Shown: positions 44,727 to 53,122 of the stretch, in pieces
Numbering within the stretch: the first letter of the stretch is position 1
Layout: each line of letters begins with the position of its first letter
IMG/VR virus record: IMGVR_UViG_3300005056_000001
Coordinates: 1 to 64,000 of that record
Strand: one strand, 5' to 3'
Length of the DNA stretch: 64,000 nt
DNA from: a virus
Notes under the pieces: model-generated
Databases searched by the model: none
Told to the model about the DNA's origin: nothing
Seen by the model: only the letters and a program-made list of their open reading frames with translations
Position numbers and translations under genes: made by a program

Positions 44727-46199
44727 TTAATTTATCGGTAATGATTGATTGCTAGATTGTGCCCAAACCGAAGGGAATAACGGAAGTAATACAATTGTTT
44801 CGGGAAGCAATGCTGTCCCGTCAGAATTTCCATACGTATAATAATGATTCAGCAAGTCATTCAATGCGATCACAATGTCCTCCACACTATCTTTTGATAT
44901 AGAAAAGTCAAACAATTGGTAATTTTCGAGGACAAACTTGTATCTGTCGTATATAAATTTTGTGTTAATAAATCCAAGACCCTCGGTGCTTAGCCAAAAC
45001 TTTGGATCCGTGAACAAAACAACGACCTCATCAAAGACCTCTGTTTTCATTAACGTTAAAGTTCTTTCAATGTATGTCGGCGAATATCCAACATCGGCAT
45101 CCAATATTTGTTGACAGTACTGTCTGAGAAAAGGATATGCCGTTGTTACAGGCGTAGAAAGTAGCTGTGTGGCTATTGTTATAGAGAGGCTATACAAATC
45201 ATCCAAGCTAAAAATCGTAAGCGATTGTGCCACATTTAGGGCAATTGCCTCTTCAACCGACAAATCTATAACAACACTCTCAATGTCTGCCGCCAATACA
45301 TCCACACCAATAACATCAAAATCAATCCCTGCATTACCAAGCGCAGTCTGTAGGGTTGCCGAGTCTGTAAACGATTCGAACTCTGATTGTATCACACCCA
45401 CCGCCGTATCAAAGGTTGCCTGATTGGGCAATGGTATAACAATATCGGTACTCATCAATGCATACAAATCAACCAACTCCGACGGGTTTATCACAGATAC
45501 AACCTCTGTTCCAAATTGCGACGAGTCCTCCACAACACGGTAAAACAAAAAATTGACATTAAAATCAGGATAAGAAACCCAATCCGAGCCCCCAATCCCA
45601 TCGCCCCATCCAACGATATAGTAGGCAAACCCTGTGCTCATCAATGATGTTGCCAATCCAACAGGAATGTTGCCATTAATACTTGCCACATCCTGAAATT
45701 CAGGAAACACATCCCCCGAAAACACAACAGTCTGATAGTTTGAATTGACAATTAAATCAACAATAGTTATCGAATAAATATCATGCCCCTCCTTTGCTTG
45801 TTGTCCGACCAAGCCATCAACACCATTGGCAGCTATTCCGTTAACCAACGGGAATTTACCCGCATATGGCGTGGTTTGTGACAGGTTATATTGATATACA
45901 GTTTGGTCACCATTTTCTGCCGTGACTGTTATTGACGAGGCTATTCCGTTAACAACAACCGATGCCTTGGCGTCGATTTGAAAATTCAGATTCGCAATAT
46001 CCTCTATCGTGAATAAAATAATTTCAATCGGGTCTGTTGAGGGAATAGGAAAATAAAAATTTACATTATTCCGAAGCATATAAACAGACTTCAATGTGCT
46101 GTCCGTTGAAATTATTCCTGATGACGGGTCTACTAATTTTATAAGCATAAGGCTGTTTTCTAATATGTACAAAAATGCCCAACCAAAAGGGTCGGGCAC
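44727..46199 (-). CDS. Hypothetical (possibly structural) protein; GTG at 46199 or ATG at 46148
   Basis: ORF track. Confidence 0.6.
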   Translation of the reverse strand: MPDPFGWAFLYILENSLMLIKLVDPSSGIISTDSTLKSVYMLRNNVNFYFPIPSTDPIEIILFTIEDIANLNFQIDAKASVVVNGIASSITVTAENGDQTVYQYNLSQTTPYAGKFPLVNGIAANGVDGLVGQQAKEGHDIYSITIVDLIVNSNYQTVVFSGDVFPEFQDVASINGNIPVGLATSLMSTGFAYYIVGWGDGIGGSDWVSYPDFNVNFLFYRVVEDSSQFGTEVVSVINPSELVDLYALMSTDIVIPLPNQATFDTAVGVIQSEFESFTDSATLQTALGNAGIDFDVIGVDVLAADIESVVIDLSVEEAIALNVAQSLTIFSLDDLYSLSITIATQLLSTPVTTAYPFLRQYCQQILDADVGYSPTYIERTLTLMKTEVFDEVVVLFTDPKFWLSTEGLGFINTKFIYDRYKFVLENYQLFDFSISKDSVEDIVIALNDLLNHYYTYGNSDGTALLPETIVLLPLFPSVWAQSSNQSLPIN

Positions 46200-46229
46200 A
46201 TTATAAAAGTTGTTATGTTAGGTGTTTTC

Positions 46230-47984
46230 TTAGGTAGCCATGGTACGTGCCAACCTTACAATCGACTCCTTTCCGAATTCCATAATAAAAAAGTGCTTGT
46301 CCCAATAGTAATCTGTAACATCGTAAATGTCCACATATGTAATAAAAGATGGCTTTATTTCATGCAATTTTAACTCACCCTTTCCTTCAATAAATGGCGT
46401 GCCATTGTCAAGGCCCATATTATTTATTGTGGCCCCGATATAACTTTGCTTACCCTTAACTCTTGGAAGAGTGATATGCAATCGCACAGCTTCACCCAAA
46501 AAGTTGTCGAAAAGTATATCATACAGACCTGTTCGGTATTCCATACTCTCTGTTAATTGTACCCGTTTCTCGCTCGTTGTTAATTGTACCCGTTTCATTC
46601 TTTCTAATAGTTTTTTTGATATTTTATCGAATCTGATTCCGTTATTTCCAAGTGCCACTTGATATGCCCTGACAATATCCTGTAGTGTAGGGATGGCAAC
46701 CGACTTAAAATTGTAATATCCTATATATTCCACACTTTCCTCGGTTCTTATGACCAAGGTTGATTTGTTTTGATTATACACGATTTTTTCATATGTCTCT
46801 TCATACATAGAACCGTCCATCCAACTATGCCCAACAACAGGAATCGTGTTTCCGTCTTTTATGGCCAATCCAATTAAATAGTTGGCATAGGACATAAGTG
46901 CCAATGTTTTACTTTTTGAATGATCACTGTCAAACCCCTCAAACATACCCCTACCCCCAAAATCATCATCCAAAGAAGGTGCCCTACTTGGTGTTTGGTT
47001 TATTTGGGCCATCCCCTCGTCCATGACCTCGTCATACCACTTGATGAATTCTATCTTATTCTTTGTCTTAAAGTTGTCGATAACACCATCCATAATCATT
47101 CTTCCTGTCATGAATTGGTCAAATTCGGGAGCATTCATTTCCTCTGCTGCTGCCGTCAGGTTCATGTGTATCATTTGGAAAGCAACAAACAGTTCTGATG
47201 TTGGCCAAATCTTACCAAGATCATCCAAGCCTTTTCTTTCGGCCTTTGTGAGTTCTTGTTCCAATACCTTTTTAATTGCAGAAATGATTATGTCGAACCG
47301 TTCGACCTCACTCAAGGGTTTTCTTGGCATTTCCTTTTCGATGGTTTTTAGGCCACGGTGATAACCACTCAGAACAGACATTTTGTCGAAGTCGCTCATG
47401 TCGTTGGCAAAACCATCCATGATAAGCTCGAGTATATAGGATTTTTTGTGTGGCTTCTTTGAGTATTGGTTAAAGTACGAAGTAAATTCCCCGTATGCCA
47501 CAAAATTTTCAATCTCAAGGTAATCCTCGAAGTCGCCTTTTCTTGTTTGTTTAAGCGCAGTCCTAAGCCCCTTCTGTAGATCATTTAACATGTCCTCGAA
47601 TTCCCTTTTAAGGTCTTTACCCTCAAACAATCCTCGAAGTCTATGACACACAACAGATTCTTGTATCATTTTTCGGTCAGTAAGAGCCTTGGTAAGTCGT
47701 GGTTTGGTTTGATTCAATTCGACCATAAAGCCTCTTTTTGATTTATCATCGAATCCATGACCAAGCAAATCAAGAAGTAATGCGGTGTCGTACTCAGACG
47801 AGAAAATCCGTGTATTAGAGTCCTCCACAAATTTAGAAAATATAATGACGTCTTCAATATTCCCCAAATTAAACATAACATCAATGACCGTTCTTGGAAC
47901 CCTAGACCGTTCAACGATTTTTAATGATTTTTTTATAGCCCTCTTGAGCGATTCGTATTTTTGGTTGAATTCCTGTACTAGCAT
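46230..47984 (-). CDS. Hypothetical protein (584 aa)
   Basis: ORF track. It contains an in-frame 27-bp-period duplication (tgttaattgtacccgtttc at 46551 and 46578, encoding KRVQLT twice). Confidence 0.65.
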   Translation of the reverse strand: MLVQEFNQKYESLKRAIKKSLKIVERSRVPRTVIDVMFNLGNIEDVIIFSKFVEDSNTRIFSSEYDTALLLDLLGHGFDDKSKRGFMVELNQTKPRLTKALTDRKMIQESVVCHRLRGLFEGKDLKREFEDMLNDLQKGLRTALKQTRKGDFEDYLEIENFVAYGEFTSYFNQYSKKPHKKSYILELIMDGFANDMSDFDKMSVLSGYHRGLKTIEKEMPRKPLSEVERFDIIISAIKKVLEQELTKAERKGLDDLGKIWPTSELFVAFQMIHMNLTAAAEEMNAPEFDQFMTGRMIMDGVIDNFKTKNKIEFIKWYDEVMDEGMAQINQTPSRAPSLDDDFGGRGMFEGFDSDHSKSKTLALMSYANYLIGLAIKDGNTIPVVGHSWMDGSMYEETYEKIVYNQNKSTLVIRTEESVEYIGYYNFKSVAIPTLQDIVRAYQVALGNNGIRFDKISKKLLERMKRVQLTTSEKRVQLTESMEYRTGLYDILFDNFLGEAVRLHITLPRVKGKQSYIGATINNMGLDNGTPFIEGKGELKLHEIKPSFITYVDIYDVTDYYWDKHFFIMEFGKESIVRLARTMAT

Positions 47985-48031
47985 TTGTTTGTTTTAGTCA
48001 TGTTATGGGTTAACGTTTATGGTATATGTAC

Positions 48032-48073
48032 AAAAAACCTAAACCCCTCGAATTCGAGGGGTTTAGGTTTTTT
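48032..48073 (-). terminator. 42-bp perfect palindromic terminator
   Basis: aaaaaacctaaacccctcgaa | ttcgaggggtttaggtttttt. Confidence 0.7.
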
Positions 48074-48097
48074 ACAGACAACGTATTTTCTTGCAGA

Positions 48098-49072
48098 CTA
48101 GTCCAAAAGACCGTGCATGTCCACAATAATCAAAACCTTATTCTGTAACGACAAGGCATTCTTTTTTAGGTCTGCCTTTAATTTTTTAATGTCAAAATCC
48201 ACCTCAGACTCCTCGGCCCATTTAATGGCATCTTCGTCATTGGAAAACGTTTCCATGGTATCAAATTTTGAGTCTTTTGCCTCACGAATCTGTGATCTGC
48301 GACCTTTCCCTGCCAACATCTCACGAATCTCTCTACCACGGTCGCCATTGCCGTTATTTCTAATGGCTTTACGCTCCATGTAAGACCGTTTTAATTCTCT
48401 TTCGGAGTTGTCATTGCCGTATTTTTGGTAAGCCATGTCGTCATACCCATTTGTGTTCATGTCTTTGTCTCCGCTGTACATATCGTCTCCACTATAAAGC
48501 ATGTCGAAAGTCATGGTGTCATTGTCCATGTTCATATCATTTCTCATGCCACGACCCATGCCCATATCATTCTCCATATTCATGGCATTTCTCATGCCAC
48601 GACCAAAGTCCATATCTTGCGTCTCATAGTCATCCATATCATTTTCGAAGTCCATATCATAGTCGTCCATATCCATGGCATTGTCAAGAAAGCTGTCGGG
48701 GTTAAAATCCATACCCATATTGCTATACGTTGACTTGTATTCGTCGCCTCCATACTCCATTTCATCCACATCCTCGAATCCCATATAGGTAGAAACTAAC
48801 TCGTGTTCGTTGCCCATGTCATAATAAAACTCTTGTTCGCCACAAAGACACTCGTTGTAGTGCTTTGCCACGCTATCATAAGGACACACAATTAATTTGC
48901 CCTTGGAACTTCTTGTGATTATCACGTTTTTCAGTCCGCTTTCGGCAATTGCGTCTTTTACATTTTTCTTGTCCTCGTTTTTTAGTGATTTAAAAACGGC
49001 AGCACTTTTTCCTACTAATACTTCAAGAGCCTCTTTTAATTCTTTTTGGTTGGTAATCCTTTTAGTTGTCAT
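48098..49072 (-). CDS. Met/Asp/Asn-rich repeat protein (ATG at 49072)
   Basis: The central region reads DMDDYDMDFENDMDDYETQDMDFGRGMRNAMNMENDMGMGRGMRNDMNMDNDTM. The track start at 49096 is TTG. Confidence 0.6.
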   Translation of the reverse strand: MTTKRITNQKELKEALEVLVGKSAAVFKSLKNEDKKNVKDAIAESGLKNVIITRSSKGKLIVCPYDSVAKHYNECLCGEQEFYYDMGNEHELVSTYMGFEDVDEMEYGGDEYKSTYSNMGMDFNPDSFLDNAMDMDDYDMDFENDMDDYETQDMDFGRGMRNAMNMENDMGMGRGMRNDMNMDNDTMTFDMLYSGDDMYSGDKDMNTNGYDDMAYQKYGNDNSERELKRSYMERKAIRNNGNGDRGREIREMLAGKGRRSQIREAKDSKFDTMETFSNDEDAIKWAEESEVDFDIKKLKADLKKNALSLQNKVLIIVDMHGLLD

Positions 49073-49101
49073 TATTGTATATTTAATGTTTTTCAATACG
49101 A

Positions 49102-49160
49102 TGTATGTACCATTGGTATTGTGGTATGTACCATTGGTATTTTTGGTATGTACAAATGGA
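49102..49160. repeat. ~20-bp tandem repeat x3 in the promoter region
   Basis: gtatgtaccattggtat occurs at 49104-49120 and 49124-49140. A degenerate ggtatgtacaaatgg occurs at 49145-49159. Confidence 0.75.
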
Positions 49161-49164
49161 GGTG

Positions 49165-49989
49165 TTATAGTATTTTGTCTGAAAATTTAACCAAGTTTGA
49201 TTTAATACGCTCCATCATACGGGAACCTCCAAAGGAATCAAAATCAGGGGCTCTGTGTGGCTGTTGATCGTCTCCTCTGAATTCGGGGGCTTTCATTGGT
49301 TTGGTTGGGGACGGTGTGTTTTTGCCAAAGTGCTCGATTGCGGCATCCATGTGTATCTGCCAAATGTCCGACATAATATCAGGAGTAAATGCCTTGTAAT
49401 TATTTTCTACCTCTTTCCATCCATTGTGGAATGTTTTGCCGCCACCGCCACGCTCACCTGCCCTAGGCATTGTGTCGCCTGTATAGGCAATAACAGTAAT
49501 CATGTCCTTGTCAACACCACTCACGCCCTTAATGATTTGATGCACCAAAAACGTCCGTTTTCGTATTTTGGTTGTGGTCATTATTTGTAATCTTCCACCG
49601 TCCAATTTATTTACCTTAAGGTCTGTCATTCCGTTAAAGTCGTACTCCTTTGCTTGGGGTCTCTTACTTACACCAAAAGCTTTTTTTGCAGCATCTATGT
49701 GTACTTGGCGAATTTCAGACATGATCTCGGGACTAATTGCCTTGTAATGGTTTTCAACTTCTTTCCATCCGTTATGAAACACTTTCCCGCCACCGCCAAT
49801 CTGATTGGCACTAGGCATTGTGTCGCCTGTATAGGAAACGACCGTAATCATTTCTTTGTCAACCCCTCTCACAGACTCGACAATTTGATGTACCCAAAAC
49901 GTCCGTTTTCGTATTTTTGTTGTGGTCATTATCTGATATCGGCCACTGTTTAATTTGTCTACCTCAAGGTCTATTTCTTCATGTCTCAT
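49165..49989 (-). CDS. Hypothetical protein made of two ~125-aa tandem repeats
   Basis: GRYQIMTTTKIRKRTFWVHQIV...GGGGKVFHNGWKEVENHYKA is matched by GRLQIMTTTKIRKRTFLVHQII...GGGGKTFHNGWKEVENNYKA. Confidence 0.6.
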   Translation of the reverse strand: MRHEEIDLEVDKLNSGRYQIMTTTKIRKRTFWVHQIVESVRGVDKEMITVVSYTGDTMPSANQIGGGGKVFHNGWKEVENHYKAISPEIMSEIRQVHIDAAKKAFGVSKRPQAKEYDFNGMTDLKVNKLDGGRLQIMTTTKIRKRTFLVHQIIKGVSGVDKDMITVIAYTGDTMPRAGERGGGGKTFHNGWKEVENNYKAFTPDIMSDIWQIHMDAAIEHFGKNTPSPTKPMKAPEFRGDDQQPHRAPDFDSFGGSRMMERIKSNLVKFSDKIL

Positions 49990-50044
49990 ATAAAACAGGT
50001 TTTTCCGAATGCTTCATGACTATCGGGGGTGTTTATTATGTACC

Positions 50045-50092
50045 AAAAAGAAATAACCATCCAAAATTGTTGTTGGATGGTTATTTCTTTTT
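50045..50092 (-). terminator. Intrinsic terminator
   Basis: 20-bp arms aaaaagaaataaccatccaa / ttggatggttatttcttttt. Confidence 0.7.
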
Positions 50093-50108
50093 CTCTAGGT
50101 GTTGTTTG

Positions 50109-50621
50109 TTATACATTAAACACAAGCCAAGCGATCGTTATGTCTTCCGATATTTCTTTACAATTAAGTGTGAATTTGTTTTCGTGTTCATATTTTAACC
50201 TTTTACGCACTACCTGTAATAAATAGGAAGGAGATCTATCTGTATTATCACTATCCAACTCAACAATTTTGTGTGCGAATAGCAACTGAATGGCATTGTC
50301 AATAATACGTGTTGTGTTACCAACAAATTGACCCTCAATTAAAAGAACATCATCGGTTACAGACACAGGGTCAAGAGGAGGCAATATTCGTAGATAATTA
50401 ACCTCGTCTTTTTTGTCAATATTTTCGACCATCCTATACATTTCAAAGTTTTCTAAAAATGCTTTCATTGGTGCAATATCGGATACCTTAATGATTTCGT
50501 CAAACTGTTCAACTCCTATTTTTTGTGTATAGTAGCTATTTGTATTGGTATCAACAAATTTTGCAATTAAATAGTCCCCCTCGGTGACTACATTGTTGAT
50601 CTTCATTACTCGTGTTTCCAT
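50109..50621 (-). CDS. Hypothetical protein (ATG at 50621)
   Basis: ORF track with internal ATG (METRVMKINNVV...). Confidence 0.55.
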   Translation of the reverse strand: METRVMKINNVVTEGDYLIAKFVDTNTNSYYTQKIGVEQFDEIIKVSDIAPMKAFLENFEMYRMVENIDKKDEVNYLRILPPLDPVSVTDDVLLIEGQFVGNTTRIIDNAIQLLFAHKIVELDSDNTDRSPSYLLQVVRKRLKYEHENKFTLNCKEISEDITIAWLVFNV

Positions 50622-50690
50622 GTTTATTTTTTTACTATAACGGTATTGTGTCGTTAAAGTTGTAAAATAATAAAACAAGAAGAGTTATTG

Positions 50691-50767
50691 TAGCGGAGAT
50701 GGGACTTGAACCCACATGTGACCAATTACGCTTTCAACGTGGTATAAGCACGAGACGTTACACCGCC
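50691..50767 (-). pseudogene. Degenerate tRNA-like gene (77 nt)
   Basis: The acceptor stem GGCGGTG/CTCCGCT has one U-U mismatch. The T-arm GTGGG-TTCAAGT-CCCAT is intact. No canonical D-arm can be drawn. The best anticodon-like arms are CGTG-CTTATAC-CACG (UAU) or CCACG-TTGAAAG-CGT[AATT]GG (GAA, with a 4-nt bulge). Confidence 0.4.
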
Positions 50768-50781
50768 ATGTAGTATAGCAG

Positions 50782-50807
50782 GGCTGATGATAGATTTATC
50801 ATCAGCC
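50782..50807 (-). other. Perfect 11-bp hairpin between the tRNA-Ser gene and the tRNA-like gene
   Basis: Stem ggctgatgata / tatcatcagcc with loop gatt. Confidence 0.6.
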
Positions 50808-50885
50808 TTTAGTATCGTGTATGTATTGTGCTTGGTCATGATTTGTATTTTTAAATAGGTCTGTGTCGTATCTGTTATAAACTAG

Positions 50886-50972
50886 TAGAAGAAGTGGGAG
50901 TCGAACCCACACGAGTCGTTAGCTCCGAACGGTTTTCAAAACCGTGGCCACCGCCCATTGGCTTGCTCTTCC
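50886..50972 (-). tRNA. tRNA-Ser(UGA): tRNA-Ser (anticodon UGA), class II, 87 nt
   Basis: Hand fold. Acceptor GGAAGAG/TTCTTCT. Anticodon arm ACGGT-TTTGAAA-ACCGT. Long variable arm. T-arm GTGGG-TTCGACT-CCCAC. No encoded CCA. Confidence 0.75.
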
Positions 50973-51283
50973 TAATCTACAATACAACAACAAATTTCTT
51001 CAACTAATTGGGTGTCGTTGACAACATATGCGTTTCTTGATGGTAAAAATAAGAATGCCTTTGAATTGTTGACCCGTTCGATAAAGTCTGTTGTTATTAA
51101 ACCGTCTCTTACAGAAAAAATTTCTAGACTTTTCATTACACTTTCGGCAACAGCACTCACGGTTTCGTGTTTTTCAACAACTCTATTTTCGGAATCGCTC
51201 CAAAATACATGGGGACAGGAAACCTCAATAATCAATTCTTCCTTAATTCCATATTTTCCGACCAAATCATTCTTAGTAATCAT
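50972..51283 (-). CDS. Hypothetical protein embedded in the tRNA block
   Basis: ORF track. Its stop abuts the 5' end of tRNA-Ser. Confidence 0.5.
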   Translation of the reverse strand: MITKNDLVGKYGIKEELIIEVSCPHVFWSDSENRVVEKHETVSAVAESVMKSLEIFSVRDGLITTDFIERVNNSKAFLFLPSRNAYVVNDTQLVEEICCCIVD

Positions 51284-51354
51284 ATTGTATTTTGTTTTGT
51301 TTTGTTTTGTTAATAATCACATAACGCAATTATACAATATTTATTCAAAACTTG

Positions 51355-51437
51355 TGGGGGTAGAAGGACTCGAACCTACTCAGTCATAGACACTAGATTT
51401 ACAGTCTAGCACGGCTCTCCAACTCCGTCGCACTCCC
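51355..51437 (-). tRNA. tRNA-Tyr(GUA): tRNA-Tyr (anticodon GUA), class II, 83 nt
   Basis: Hand fold. Acceptor GGGAGTG/TACCCCC with an A4-C69 mismatch. D-arm ACGG-AGTTGGAGAG-CCGT. Anticodon arm CTAGA-CTGTAAA-TCTAG. T-arm GTAGG-TTCGAGT-CCTTC with U50-U64. Confidence 0.75.
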
Positions 51438-51545
51438 ATATTAACATGGTATATTTTTTCGATTATGACACTTTGTTTGGTTAAGCTATCATGGAAACTT
51501 TCCACGGAAGGGCTTCCACCTTCTTGTCTTCATAAAAGTTTCTTG

Positions 51546-51620
51546 GGCACATGACGGGATTCGAACCCGTGACCCTCGGTACCACAAACCGATGCTCTAA
51601 CCGTCTGAGCTACACGAACC
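51546..51620 (-). tRNA. tRNA-His(GUG): tRNA-His (anticodon GUG) with encoded G-1, 75 nt
   Basis: Hand fold. G-1 pairs with C73. D-arm GCTC-AGACGGTTA-GAGC. Anticodon arm TCGGT-TTGTGGT-ACCGA. T-arm ACGGG-TTCGAAT-CCCGT. Confidence 0.8.
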
Positions 51621-51631
51621 ATATATTTTAG

Positions 51632-51704
51632 TGGAGCAGGAGGGACTTGAACCCACATCCTTCGCATTGCAAATGCGATGCTCAGCCAATTGAGCTACTG
51701 TCCC
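51632..51704 (-). tRNA. tRNA-Ala(UGC): tRNA-Ala (anticodon UGC), 73 nt
   Basis: Hand fold. The G3-U70 identity pair is present. A4-C69 mismatch. Anticodon arm TCGCA-TTTGCAA-TGCGA. T-arm GTGGG-TTCAAGT-CCCTC with U50-U64. Confidence 0.8.
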
Positions 51705-51840
51705 GAATCCGACGCTATACTAAGGCAAAAACTGCCAATGACATGAAGCCAACGTTCATATAAGTCAGAAATTACTTTTTGTATCACTAATACAAAGGTT
51801 TTTACACAAAAGTTCCCCAACAATATAATTAAACAAAAAA

Positions 51841-51867
51841 AACACCAACAAGCTAGTTGTTGGTGTT
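51841..51867. terminator. Hairpin terminator upstream of the tRNA block
   Basis: Stem aacaccaacaa / ttgttggtgtt with loop gctag, flanked by A-runs and T-runs. Confidence 0.55.
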
Positions 51868-51935
51868 TAAAAAGAAGTTGTCATACGAGAAGTTAGAAAC
51901 GGTAAACACTATACCGCTCCCCCATACAACTTAAA

Positions 51936-51995
51936 AACAGGCGCAAGGTAATAAAAACAGGCGCAAACAGGCGAAAGTTTCTAAAACAGGCGCAA
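51936..51995. repeat. Iteron-like array: four copies of AACAGGCG(C)AA(G)
   Basis: Copies start at 51936, 51956, 51966 (degenerate) and 51984. Spacings of 20, 10 and 18 bp are roughly in helical phase. The repeats are GC-rich in an AT-rich 530-bp non-coding region. Confidence 0.7.
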
Positions 51996-52238
51996 GAAGC
52001 AAAAAAAATCTTGATCGTTAGGATTTCGTGGGCTACACACGCCTTTTATTATAACCTTCAACCTCCTTTCGGTCAGTCTACTGAGCTTTGTTTCTTTATC
52101 AAAACAACCAAGACTTTTATATCACTGTCACAATATATAACAACTTTATACAGTAAACGAATTTTTTGGGCTTTATCTTGAAAAAAAGATTGTTTTTTGT
52201 CATAGTCCGTAAAATAAGCGTTCTTATAGAAAGAAATA

Positions 52239-52718
52239 ATGACAACACAATTAATAAACCATCTTTCAAGCGAGTCTGAGCGTGTCGGTGCCTTGGATAC
52301 CATTTACTCACAAATGATTGTATCAAAAAGCCTGTCTGCCTATCCAAACTTTTCGGATTGGCTTTATAAAAAGGTTGGCCTTGGTATAGTCATGAACCAA
52401 AGGAGTATTGTGCTAAAATACATAAACAAAAGGCTTGTGGGCTTTGTCATACTAAAACATCACAAAGAGCATAAATTATGCACCTTTTTTATACTCGACA
52501 ACTATCGTAAGCAAGGAATTGGTCATAAAATGATGACGGAATCCATGGCATTTTTGAATACATTCGGGAATGTGCCTATTACGATAACAATGTCCGTGTT
52601 TGTTGTTTCGGATTTTAACAAAATTCTTACGAATCACGGTTTTGTCTTTGATTATGTCGTTCAATCCGAATACACAAAGGATGTTCCTGAGTACCACCAC
52701 ATCAGGCCCTTGTCCTAA
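52239..52718 (+). CDS. GNAT-family N-acetyltransferase
   Basis: VGFVILKHHKEHKLCTFFILDNYRKQGIGHKMMTESMAFL matches GNAT beta4 and motif A (R/Q-x-x-G-x-G/A). Confidence 0.65.
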   Translation: MTTQLINHLSSESERVGALDTIYSQMIVSKSLSAYPNFSDWLYKKVGLGIVMNQRSIVLKYINKRLVGFVILKHHKEHKLCTFFILDNYRKQGIGHKMMTESMAFLNTFGNVPITITMSVFVVSDFNKILTNHGFVFDYVVQSEYTKDVPEYHHIRPLS

Positions 52719-53122
52719 TCCCTTTTGAATGCACTTTTTCTCATCTTGAATCTATTGCATAACTTCTCAATAACACCGTCGGACAATTCACGGTCGCCCT
52801 TTAGTATATCCGAAACATGTTCTTCTGAAACATCCAATATTTTTGCCAAATCTTTTTGGTTTATTTTGTGGTCACACATTAGCGAATTAATCATTTCTAA
52901 TGGAGTACATTCGGTTTCGTCAAAACCATTTCTTGTGTCCCATTCATCAATAAACGTTTCCAATTCCTCTATTTTTGAATCATATAACACATCGTTCTTG
53001 TGGACATAGTCCTCTAACAGGTCACAATATCTATTATACATGTCAATATCTATTATTCGTTTCATTGCTAATTGGTTTAATTTTATTGTTTTAATTGGTG
53101 GCTTGTCTACAGTCAGAGACAT
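52715..53122 (-). CDS. XRE-family HTH protein (HigA/VapI-like C-terminal HTH)
   Basis: NQKDLAKILDVSEEHVSDILKGDRELSDGVIEKLCNRF. It converges on the GNAT gene and overlaps it by 4 bp. Confidence 0.6.
   Translation of the reverse strand: MSLTVDKPPIKTIKLNQLAMKRIIDIDMYNRYCDLLEDYVHKNDVLYDSKIEELETFIDEWDTRNGFDETECTPLEMINSLMCDHKINQKDLAKILDVSEEHVSDILKGDRELSDGVIEKLCNRFKMRKSAFKRD

Noticed and set aside
48425-48733. His-rich plus-strand ORFs
   Set aside because: They are mirror-image artefacts of the Met/Asp-rich minus-strand gene, because ATG/GAC codons read antisense as CAT/GTC.
51012-51389. Plus-strand ORF of 125 aa
   Set aside because: It is antisense to ORF 50972-51283 and its 3' end runs through the tRNA-Tyr gene (…VEGLEPTQS is the T-arm read as protein).
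8741-51995. CRISPR array candidates (tandem repeats at 8741, 26751, 49102 and 51936)
   Set aside because: Each has only 2-4 units of 11-22 bp, with no unique spacers of regular length and no cas genes nearby.
52073-52347. Two overlapping minus-strand 76-aa ORFs in the non-coding region
   Set aside because: They overlap each other and the GNAT start, and their composition is poor. The region is better explained as regulatory DNA.
52239-53122. GNAT plus HTH as a type II toxin-antitoxin operon
   Set aside because: The genes are convergent, not co-transcribed. The HTH protein is XRE/HigA-like rather than the RHH/DUF1778 partner of GNAT toxins.
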